This document shows positions 25,906-38,152 of a stretch of 64,000 bases of DNA, piece after piece. Every line of letters begins with the position of its first letter. The first letter of the stretch is position 1. The notes below the pieces were generated by a model. It was not told the origin of the DNA. It made no database searches and saw only the letters and a list, made by a program, of their open reading frames with translations. The stretch covers positions 409,727 through 473,726 of the forward strand of contig JAQGDQ010000159.1 in assembly GCA_030141605.1 (NCBI GenBank). The letters run 5' to 3'. A program made the position numbers and the translations under genes. This DNA is from Tubiluchus corallicola (Eukaryota; Animalia; Priapulida).

Positions 25906-27448
25906 GGTGGTTTTTAAGAATGCATTCAGACAGCAATTGCTAGGCAAGTCTTTGTTTCATGCTTCAATGCCCGCCCGGGTTGCAAAGACGTCTTAACCAT
26001 TTGCGAATAGATGCTTAAGGACATAATAAACAAACCCTGGAACTTTGAACTAGGTGTATTAATTTATCGGTGAAAAAACTAGATAATACTTTTAGACTTT
26101 TACATAAACGAACGAATATTACAGAAGTTAGGTCGAGCCTATCCAGCACATACAGTACTATTATAGTATCCTTCACTTCAAATTATAGTATCATCAATTC
26201 AAATTATCGCACTGTGTGAGTCCACGTACGTATAAGATTGTTTTTTCATTGTCACACAAGCGCATGAAAGTAGTACAAAGTACAACTTATCTAGTGGACG
26301 TAGCTAGACGGGGTAAGTAACGCAACACTTGCAGGAGGGCGGAGCTTCAAGTAAATGTACTGGAAGAAATTGTTACTCTGTAGGAACTGTACAAACATTG
26401 TAGTTCTTTTTATTTTACAAATAAACACGTTGTCGTACGTTTTTCGCAGTTTTTACTTTTTCTTATGTGTCATTTCACTTTTGTTTACTAGTTTAAGTTC
26501 ATTTCATATATATCACTGTGTATTATGTTTCGTGGGAGGACTGAAAGCGTACTAAAGACTTAGTACCGCCCAAGACACACAAACTCTAGCTAAGCAGCTG
26601 AGAACTTTAAACGTTGGTACGATTGCTGTTATACATGCTGTTTGATCGCGATCGCGATGCCAAAATTTGGCAACTTTCTTCTTCGACCAATGTTTCTTTA
26701 CTGCACTTGGCATGAGCCATAAATAATTGCTGTAAACAGAGGAATGAGATATAGCCTTAAAAACCTAAACGTCAAAAGAATTTTGTTAAGCCCTAAAATG
26801 CCAAACTTATCTCCGTTGTGTCACATCCCATCTCATTCAAAATAGTAGTGTTCTGCATACAAAAAAAGGAAAAAACACAAGGTTTCAACAAACTTGGAAC
26901 TGCTCTACAAGTGCTCTTATTCCAATTTTTCTCAATTTTACGAAAACTCGAAGCCATTTAAAACACTGCGAGTCACGAGTGTACAGTCTAGCTAGTATGT
27001 TAAGTTGAAGGAGTGACTGTTCGTAGGACGTTTCTATCGATTTTAGCATGATTTTGATCGGCGGTTTTATCTAAACCAGTCAAGTCCTTTTTAAATAAAA
27101 TTCAAACCACGAAATGGTTTTTTTAACACCTGTATTATACAGGTTTTTGTTAATGTTTCAGGCTGGAGTTGAGAAGTATTTTCTGCATCATTTGTTCATG
27201 ATTTTCTAAAGCAGAACGATGAAATTGTCATCTATGTGAGTGTGCTAAATGTTATGTGAGTCTATGTTATATTATAAATGTGCGATATTTCCGCTTCCAT
27301 GAAAACTAGGGCTTTACATCAAGTCCCTGGTTCGCTAAAGCACTTTTATTGTGAAAGAATGCTTACTGAGTTATAAATGATAAATAGCCTTAATACTCTA
27401 TCTAAACTTACAACACTTCTTTCTAGTAAATGCCTCAGTAAATCGCGC

Positions 27449-27809
27449 CCAAAACGTCGCTTTATTTAACATTATTCAGCATTACATTGGGTCTACCCGA
27501 CGTTTTAGCAGAGGTCATGATATATGATGTCTCATTTTCTTAGACATTAACGATATATTTCTAATATATTTCATGGCTGCCGACGCTTACAGCACCAAGA
27601 CCAACAGTACAGCATCACTGCAAAACCATATATTAATATACAATGTATATATATATATACCAGCGAAATATACATACATTACGAATATTTTGGAATATTA
27701 GAAATATATCGTTAATGTCTAAGAAAATGAGACATAATATATATATCTGCTAAAACGGCGGGTAGACCATATGTAATGCTGAATAATGTTAAATAAAGCG
27801 ACGTTTTGG
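27449..27809. mobile_element. MITE with ~120-bp terminal inverted repeats
   Basis: CCAAAACGTCGCTTTATTTAACATTATTCAGCATTACA...TTTCTAATAT (27449-27566) is mirrored at 27694-27809. Confidence 0.8.
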
Positions 27810-27837
27810 ACATATATTCGTATATATTAATTTTGCT

Positions 27838-27839
<2 letters not shown>

Positions 27840-27929
<90 letters not shown>
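27840..27929. repeat. (TA)n microsatellite
   Basis: About 45 perfect TA units. Confidence 0.97.
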
Positions 27930-27936
<7 letters not shown>

Positions 27937-28764
27937 CCGACGAAGCTACAGCTCCGACGATGTCACCATTATCGACAATCTATACGTCAAATGAAAGGTC
28001 CGGACCCACAGATTTGCCATTGGGGTTTTATTTTTCGAACCTCCAAAAATGGCCCTTTTTGACCGTTTTTTGCAAAACTTACACCTCTTGTTTCTAGAGA
28101 ACGCGAACGCATCGCGGGTGGTGCCGGTAATTGTTAGATAGCCTGTTCAACGATGGGTGTTATAGTCATATTTAGAATTCGGGCGAGGGCCGCGGCGCCC
28201 CATGGCGTGTGTTTTCCCGGACCCAACCACGCAAATTTTGTAGAAAACTGCTCAAACGGCCTCGAAAAAATTCAATTTGTGCAACCGTTTGGGCATGCTG
28301 GGGAAAAATAAGCACACTCGCAGAAAGAGGACGAAACGGTCTAGAAAATGTTGAAGGTTTTGTTTGGAGAGATGTATACTGGATGAAACGGGAGGGGAAT
28401 ATTTCGAAGTTCTTTTTCTACCCCCCTGTGGTGTACGCTATTTGGAACATCCATTGTCTTTGAGCTTGAGAAATTTCGCGGCTGTTCCAGGCATTGTTGT
28501 CACTCGCCGTTCTACAGTAGTATCGATTATACATGTAAGTAAGATCTGTTAGCCTATTATCATCCGAGGAGCAGCAAACAAATCTATGTGGACTGTCCGC
28601 GCATTATTGATCATTAGTAAACAGACTAAGAGCATTTGTTATAGCACACAGTTTTGACTTTGTTGAAAATGTTTGGAATGGCTTTGCTGTGATGCTGTGC
28701 TATTGGTGCTGGTGCTGTAGGTGTCGTCATTGTTCTTGTCATCATCGTCATCAACATCATGATC

Positions 28765-29060
28765 ACCATGTGATGTGGTGGTGGTGTGCTGTGAATGGCA
28801 TGGCGGAGTGTGCTGTAAATGTAGCGGTGGGGTGGTAAGGTGTGCGTGAAGTTGGTGGAGTGGTGTGGTGGTAGGGTGTTGGTGTAGTGTGGTGGGTGAT
28901 GTTTGTTGTGGGTGGTATGCTGTGAGTAGAGCAGTGGGTTGGTGTGGTGTTATGTGGTGTGGTGGGTGTGGTGTGTTGTGTGGGTAGTGTGCTATGGTGA
29001 GGGTGGTGAAGTGTTGTGGTATGGTGTGGGTGGGGTGGGGTGGTGTGGGTTGTTGTTGTG
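28765..29060. repeat. GT/GGT-rich low-complexity tract
   Basis: Imperfect (GGT)n/(GTGTG)n with strong strand skew; it gives His/Thr/Pro-rich pseudo-ORFs on the minus strand. Confidence 0.85.
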
Positions 29061-30508
29061 AGTTTATGCACAAAATCTTTTGTTCATGTCTGATATAACG
29101 AGTTTAAAATTGTATTGTTAGACAAAACGAATTTTATTCTGTCATGTGTATTATATTGTTGGTCGTAATGACAATGAAAATACTACTACTACTATATGTT
29201 ACTAAGCACTACAAAGTACCCAAGATGTGTTTGGTCAATGAACAACTGTATACCAAAGGTAGCAAAAAAATAAAAATACGTTTATAAAAAAGCCTACTGA
29301 AAAGAAAAGTATCTGACTTTAGGCAAGGAGACAATAACAAACTTATAGAACACGATCCTTACTTCTAAAAACTCATCAGGCATTTTTAAATCTAACGATC
29401 GTGTAGAATTGTAGGTACTTGCACTTTGGGGCACCAACATGAGAAACATGTAGGATAGCTTTTTGAAAAAGAGAATGGGACAGTGCAAGTGAAAATAATT
29501 CTGAAATCAGGAAAGGCTCGCTTAAAAAGCTCGTCAGTAGTAAATAATACAGTATAATGAAATAAACATTATTTTCCGCGGGTGAGACCTTTCTCGATAA
29601 TCTATCCATAAGAAGTTTTCTGTGACCGCACGTAATCAATTCTTACAAGAGCTACGCCTAAAACCTTGCTACACGCGCGTTCATTGCTACTTTAGGGCAT
29701 CATTAAGCAATAATTCACCTTGTTTTCTGTCTTACGCTGCCGCCGCATAGTTCTAACTCATAACCATAATGTGGGCCAGTGAGGTTAAATAAGCTCCGCA
29801 TGTAAATAAAGGCTATTTACCTACTAAATCGGCCACAATTGAACTCGATTAATGTCCGGCACTGATCACTCTTAGCTTCGTTCAAGTTTACAGCTTTGTT
29901 CAAGCGCATCTCTTAACTCCATGGCGGATCGAGAAACGCAGAGTGATTAAATCTTATGTTTCCTCTAGATTGAAGTAAAAACTGTAATTAAACTTGTGAG
30001 CAAAACAATCTATATTTTTGTCTTTATAACTGATTCTCGCATTTGCGGATTTGAATTTTCGTGGATTTTATCTTGGATCAACCACGCCGATTTCGAACTG
30101 TTTAAGAAGTAAAATTAGGTTTTTGTGTTGTTATCAAGCAACTGTGCAAAAAACAAGCATAGTACACCTCGTCAAACAAGGGACTTGACTGACCCAGTTG
30201 AAGGCCCGACAAAGATTTTATCAGCATGCCTAATTCCTTAAGATATCTCAACGTGAAAGTTAAGTATAAGTGAAAGTATGGACTATTCTTTTCGGCTTAA
30301 AAGTCACGTGACAATAGTTGGTACGTCACAGGAAGTCATCGCAAGAATCACCCTCGACAGCTGTTTACTAAACAATGTGCACGATGCAGTTATTGAATTT
30401 AGTTCATCAATGACCACATGTGCCTGTGAAAGGTGTTAGACCAAGTGAAATCACGTGTTATAAAGGATTTGATGTGTGGACAAATTTTATGGAATAAATC
30501 ATGTTAAT

Positions 30509-31408
30509 ATGACGCGGTTCAACAAATTTATGGTAGCATTTATTTTCGCATTTGTCCTTGATCTACAGGTAATGTTGCGCTAAAATTAACAATTTTTTTG
30601 GTATTGAAAGTTAGTAGTCTCGGTTTCAAGTACGGAAATTGTGTTGAGTACAATGCCTCTAGTTTAATCATCCTCTGACCAGTGGCAAGTACACAGGAAA
30701 AAGAATAAAAACATGCTTTTTTGACTCATTGTCATATGAATTCTTTCTTTTACCAAGTTCCTGTCACTGTTTTAAAATTTGGAACGTTCTGTAAAGTAAA
30801 GCTGCAGCAAGGTGCCAAAATTACGTGTATCCAAAATCTACTCTTATTACTTTGTTGCAATACACTTTTTATAGCTAAAGTTGTTTTGCCCGCTACTGTT
30901 GCTGTCGTCGCAGATACCGCTAATGCAAGTTTATGTAACTGTCACCCGTTTCTGCCTGGACTCTGGAGAGTAATGACATTGTCCTACCTTTATGCTACAT
31001 TAAAACTCCATAGTCATTCATGACCGCAGCAACTTGGGCCGAAAAGCTATAATTACGAAAATAAGGTATTCTTTGTGCGTGCCTATATCAGGCCCTTTTG
31101 CCTCTGTATTATGTATTAGTATAAAAATACACACAGGTAAATACAGACTTGTCGCGACTTTGCAATTTCAATCAATGAAAACAATAACTTTGTGAAATGC
31201 ATGCAATGAAGCTTATTTTTGTTTATTCATGTACATTTTTTTAAAATATACATTTGTTTATCTAAAGCAGAAGTGTTGATACGAATAATGGATTTAGTTT
31301 ATATAATTGCATATCAGCTGTCGCTATAACATCCTGCATATTGAGGGTCTCTGTATTGTATATTTGTAAATATTGTACATGTGTGTAATTTTAAATTTTA
31401 AATAAATA

Positions 31409-31493
<85 letters not shown>

Positions 31494-34400
31494 TCGAGTA
31501 GGTCAATTGGTCAATCATGTAAATCAAGTATAGCTATCACCACTTTTTGTAAAGCAAACGCAAATAAGTTTAATGAAGAAAAAGGTTAGGAAGAGAGTTT
31601 TTGTTACGTTATAACTGGGTTATAATTCAAATTCGGACATCAGCGACGTGTGATGAGTTTTTATAATGGGGCCAAAGGGCTACGGCTACCCACGGAAACG
31701 CAGGGAGCAATCTCAATTTTAGTGTGACAAAAGGGATTCCTAAAAATTTCCAAAATCTAGAAAATAGAATCGGTAGTCCAACCAGTCGATGTTTTCTCAG
31801 CAAAATTAGTGACTAGATAATATGCCTCCAACAAAAGTTGCACTGTATTTCATAATGTAGTAATCCAGTTGCGTATAGCACGAGGCTGAAATATTTGTTT
31901 CATACACGAAACTTAGATAGTATAATTATAAAATTACATGCTAAAATTGTGCTTAATGGTGTAACCCCGAACATTATCGCGTAGCTCAAACTTGTGCAGA
32001 AATGGGAGCGCAAAATCATTAATTTTTGCTCTAAACATTCCGTTTTTTCAAGGATTTTTATGGTTGTTTACGCTATTGTGCCATTGTGCATAATCATTGT
32101 ACCGATATGTGATTTGTGCCTTACAGAGTATAGACCTAATTATCATTACTTTCACAATTTTTATCACTTTTGCAATCAATTTAGTCACCAATCTACAACA
32201 CACAAGCGCTATTAGACCGACTAAGTGGATTAAGGAAACTTCTGTTTGGAAGAACGTATCACGGTCTTACGGTTGACACAATTTTACTGAGCCAGTATAA
32301 TGTATACAATCTATACATCATGTTGAATTAACTAACACAGGAGATGTAACAGGGGGCCAATCAACAATGGTTTTGGGTCCACTATGCATCATAAGAGGTC
32401 AAAATCAGGAAGTAGTGTATAAAACCAAGGGAAGATAGTATTAGATGTTGAAAAAGAAAAGAGAGAGGGAGAAAAAGAAAGCAAAGAAAGAGAGCTCGAG
32501 TGAAAGAAAGAGTAGAAAAAGTAACAAGAGAAGGTGAAGTAAAGACCTGTAGACTAGGGCCAGGCACGAATAAAATTTATTTGCGTTTGGAACTTATGTG
32601 GATCTGTTGTGTTCACTACATTTTCTAAAAAAAGGACATTGCAGTCCTGCCATCTAAAAAACTCGCTGTTAAAAGAACATTTAAAAGAAAAACGTGAACC
32701 AGCTATCTTTAGATGCTTCTCAATCAAAAGAGTTAGAGTTAAGTCTTACATAACATATAAAGACAGACTTCGATCCCCAAGTTTAGGATACCCCAAACAA
32801 ATCTATGCAGTTTCGAAGCAGTACTGGCCTTGTGTTTCTATGTAGTTTACAAGGACTTAATAGATGAGTGCATTGGCCGTACATAACGATCTTAAAAGTT
32901 TAGTCTACCTTGCATGCCTTTTTTGTCAATACACGGCATTTCGTTTTTACATGATAAGTTTATAGAAAAGAAACTGTAACTAATGTGTATCTATAAAACC
33001 GTATCGTTAGTTTACATGTCCGAATTTAAAAATTAACATTAATAATTAAACATTTTTTATAACAGGCAGAATCAGAAGGATATCAATTGATGCCAATTGT
33101 TGAAGGTAATTCGTAAAATAATTATATTATTATAGTTTTAGGGACGTTATACACTTATTAAAAAAGTTTGCAATGCAAAAGCCGAAATTCCTACATTGAG
33201 TAGGATTATTAAATACAAATTAATATTTTGTGAATGTAATTTCGATGTACAAACCCTAGAGCATTTAGTGTTCAATTGTCGTTTTGTTGATTATAATTTA
33301 AGAGTGAAATTAATTAGAGCTCTACCTTCAAATCTATAAAATAAGACAGTGAGCTTTGTTCAGGTTTTATAAACGTTGTAAGAGATATTGCTTGCAAAAA
33401 TCGCGTGTAGTGTTAATTACTTTTAAATTTTGTGCATAGTAATAACTATTTTTTTACTTGTTAACATGTATTTGTCACGCAAACTTTGTTTAAACACTTG
33501 TAAATAGTTATGGTGATTTGTCATGTTTGTAAATATTTGTACCTTCAAACTGAGGTTCAATATAATAATAATAATAGTAAATAATAATAATAATCTCTCA
33601 CTCACTAATGGAATTATGGAATTGATTCTATTATTTCAGGAATTCCTGAAATCAATTGTGAATCAGAAGATGGTCTACAGGTGGCATTGCAATTTCAAAG
33701 GCCGTTCATGGGAGTAATATATCCAAAAGGGTTGGCAGACAATGAGGCTTGTCACATTTTTGGCAATGGGGAACTAGAGATGATGTACAAGTTGCCATTT
33801 GACAGATGCGGAACAGTTATGGAAGATTTGGTAATTTATCAAATTGTTTTGAGAATTTACATCCTTAGAAATTTATTTCTATGATTTGATCTTTTGCAAT
33901 TATTATAACATTTAACCATAGATATCACCACTTTACTGAAACTCCAACTGATCCTACACAGAAAAACTAAAAATACTTGAAGTAGGGCTACTTTTTGCTT
34001 ATGTAGTCCACAGCACAAAAATGATAATAAAACATTAGAAGGCCTACACAAGAGCAATTATTTAAAAATATCTTAATCAAACATTTTTACGACTGATTAA
34101 TTCTTAGACACTTATAAATGAATCTGCCATACAAGAAGTTTCTAAAATTGAAGACGAGTTCTTTGCCTAGACTTGAATTAACATCAGAAGCTATACTAAA
34201 CCTAATTGCAAAAACATTAACTATTTTAAAGGATTTATTAAAATGCTATACAAATTTTGATCAAATTAAATGTTAGATTTGGAAAATATGATGAAAAAAT
34301 TAAAGGCATGCCATATGCGTATCTTATGATTATATAAAGAAATAAAAAGGGTGTTAAAGGCTAAACCTTATGTAATTTCATTTTATAGGCAGATGGAAAC

Positions 34401-37400
34401 AAGACGTACACAAATGTCATTATTATACAAAATCATCCACAAGTTGTGACTGGAGATGACTCAGCATTTCTTGTAGGTTGCTGGTTTGCCAATTCCACTC
34501 AGAAAATGCTCAATTCCACCTATAGTTCTGGGTAAGTCAGTAAATCTCAATACAAGAAATGCAGAATGCTATATGACAACAGTTTCGTTCTTTGCTTTTA
34601 AAAACCAATGTAATTATGATAAATTCAAACTACATGAGGACAAATTTAATTCTTGATCAAAATATGAACCACAGCCACTGTTTATAAGGTACAGAAGTAG
34701 CTAATAATTTTAAGTGCTACATGTAATACATTTAAATGTTTAAAATGATAGAAATCTACAGCTAGCAAATGATAGAATCTCTCCTCAATTATGATCATAG
34801 TTAATTGTCTTCAAATTCATTCAGCAAAAAGTCCTGAATTTCCCCTCTCGTGTTCATTCTGTTTGCATGACGATGCACTTCCTTCTGAATTGCGATTGGA
34901 AGTTTGCTTATTTCTAAATCACCCACAGTGATTTTACAACCGTAACACAGAAATTGTCTCCAGAGTAAAAGTGGACCTTTTTCATTGCTAAATTCACTAC
35001 TGCAGCCTTTTGCCTCTTTCTTGTAACAAGTTCCAGCATCAAATGTCTGCAAATTGTTACCAAGTCCAGAAATTGACGGATGGCTCACAATCAAATGCTG
35101 AGAAGAAGCATGCAATGACTGTTCACTATCTCTTGTGTGATGAGGTAATGTAGTTCTGCACAGGATGCATACATTTTCAGAATTTTCCTGACAGTTTGCT
35201 GCAGAATAAAGCTTGTCACCTGTTCGACAGATTGTAGAAACAGTTGAGGGATAGCTGTCCTGCAAGTCCAAAACAAATGATTCAGTGAGTCGATTCATAC
35301 TAGCTTTGAAAGACTTCAGTGCAGTCATTGAAGGGTTGATTACAGTTTTAATACCGCACAGCCGTACATAGTACGCTATTTCCTTAGAACTAAATTCTTT
35401 CAAAGGCCTTAACACCACAAGACTGTCATATCGATTATCATTGAAACTAACGTCCATAGACAAACTGGCTCCATGGCCCTGAGCAAGATTAGATATTGCC
35501 TGGATAGCAAGTTTAGTTCCAGTTTCAGCAGTCATGACCTTCGTGTATCCTTCACTCCTTGCTATTTGGTTGATAAGCATTGTCTTTAATTTGCTAATCA
35601 AATCTTCCCTAGCTGTTAAGTCTGTACAGTCTTGGATCAGTTTGCACAATTTATTCCTTGCTGTGTAATTAGTTAAGCTTGTTACATCTTTAGCATCACT
35701 TGCAAGCTTGTAACAGCCATTACTGCAAAACATCTCTGCATCAACCATAGCTTGTTCAATTGTCGTTAAAAAGCAAGGAAAGTTAAAATCGCTTAAACTT
35801 TCTATTATTTTCTGACACTGGTTTTCACGGCAACTGTCATCATTAAGCTCTTGAGTTATGATACTGACATCCACATATACGATGCCGGGAACAAATCGCA
35901 ATTTCTTACGAGATTTGGGTGCAAGACCTTCCTCAATTAAATGGAGCAATGACGCAGATGACGCACTTCCAGAATAAGCTACCAAAACACGTTCCCCATT
36001 ACGAATCAGTTTAGAACGTCCTATTGTAGCTCGGAATTTGTGAGTAAAATACGAAAGAAAACATTCCCTACAAAGGAAGTCAGAAACTCGCGCAAGAACA
36101 ACAGGTTTTTCTTTTTGACATTTCATACACAGATTGCTGGTAATTTTTGTACGATTTGCCAATGCCGCTGCAAGATCTGCTTCATATTCTTTCACTTTAC
36201 AATCTTTGTGAGATTGGCAACTTTCACTGTCCATCGTATTCTTCTGATAAAAACCTAAAACTAAAAGTAAAACAATATTTAAAATTCAAGCAAATTTAAT
36301 AAACTGAAATTTCATTTGTGGCGTACGGTATGCTTAACAAAAAATCTAGTCTAAACTTTTAATTATTATTATTAAGTAATAGTAATACTATGATTACTGT
36401 CAGGCACTGTCTATAATTATTCTTATATTAAACTCTAATAATGAAATAAAAATCAGTATAGTTTAAAGTCAGCTGCGTAAGCAAATTACGTTCGCTATTA
36501 TGACAAACATTATTGGACGAATTAAAATTAAGAACCTAGACGGGGAGAATGCTACTGCACCTTAAAGAATGAACGTCTACAATGTAGAAAAATGATAACT
36601 AAGCACATTAAAATTAAAAAGAAAATCGAAAGATACACGTTTAAAGAGACTTTGCGCCTTATTATGGCTAGACGAAATGTAGCTTACAGTTCATTAACTG
36701 TATATCACAAAATCGCGAAAAGATGAAAACACTGTTCGCCACTAGCAAATTCGGAAACAGAAAATGTGTCGCCATCTATCAGCAACAGCTCATAAAAGCA
36801 CAAAAGAAACATTGCTTTATCTGTAGGGCCAGTGGCGCAACGGATAACGCGTCTGCCTACGGAGCAGAAGATTGCAGGTTCGAATCCTGCCTGGCTCGTT
36901 TTTTTCGTTTTGCAAGTGTGTTCAGTAATTTTTCAAAATGCTAAACACTATTCTCTTTAATAGATAACGAGACAAAATTAAACTAAGTAAATTGTTGTCT
37001 ACAGCTGTATTGTTAGTCTGTTGTAATCTAGTGTAACCCCGTTTGGTATAACTTTACGTGTATGTGAAATTTAATAGAAAAGAATCAATCTACATATTTT
37101 CTGCTCGCAGACTGTCAGTAATTACCTACATACCAAGAAGCAACTGGTTAAAATGCACTTGAGTAAAATCGACAGAATTCTCGATCAGAGAAAAATAATT
37201 GAATATGGGCCCCTACTTATAGCCCATATAATAATAATTTTGTTTAGGGCATACGTGGTCCAGGGATAACATCTCAAGTAGGCCTAACTCAATATTTATT
37301 TCCAAAGCGGTCCCGATTATCATTATGACTCTGGTGGATAATGATAATACTATTATCGTTATCAGTACTACACGGGTGGGAGCTGAAACCGCGTCTCGCA

Positions 37401-38093
37401 GCTGCATAATAAAAGTTATTAACATTTTGAATGTTAAACTTATCTGCCAACATGCTTACGTGGGAAGAACGCGTATTCAGGACACCAAAGTCAAATTATA
37501 GAGCAGCTATCGAAACACAAACAACTGATCTACAAAAAACGACAGATTACCGCATGAAGGTACTACTATTTGTACTAACCTGTATGTGTTACCGAATATT
37601 TCAAGAAATAAAGAAAAGATGTTATCTCGAATCAAATGTGTTTATAAAATATTATGTAATTACAAAATTTGCTTTCATAAACCATCTCAAAATATAAAAT
37701 AGCGTATCAGAGTCTATAACCTCAGTGAAATTATGAGATGATCCTTGAAAATCGATATGGATACTATAATCACCGGGTGATTAAGAAAATCATTTTAAAT
37801 TTTCTCTGATGAGATATTCACAAAATGGAAACACTGTAATAAAAAACTCAGTAGCCAAACAATAAACAATAAACGATAATAACAAAATAGCGTCGATGTT
37901 TATGTAAATTAAAAATGCACACAAAAACATCATGATATTTACTGTATTCCAATAATTATTATTATTTGGCACTAATGTGTAGATCGTGATGGACAGGAAG
38001 AGAATGAAAAGACAGAAGAATGAAGAGAAAAATGAGAAAAAGAGAGGAATTGATAGAGTGCATAGCTGAGAGTGAGTGAGCGTGTGAGTGAGT

Positions 38094-38152
<59 letters not shown>

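Noticed and set aside
28639-29073. His/Thr/Pro-rich ORFs
   Set aside because: Products of a GT-rich low-complexity tract; no splice or domain support.
31324-31527. Poly-Leu signal-peptide-like ORF (also the YI-repeat ORF at 27806-27994)
   Set aside because: Translations of (AAT)n and (TA)n repeats.
36826-36898. Idea that the tRNA is the substrate of the neighbouring CTU2
   Set aside because: CTU1/CTU2 act on U34 tRNAs; ACG has A34, which is edited to inosine by ADAT2/3.
37806-37835. CTGATGA...GAAA hammerhead candidate
   Set aside because: No convincing stem II or flanking stems.
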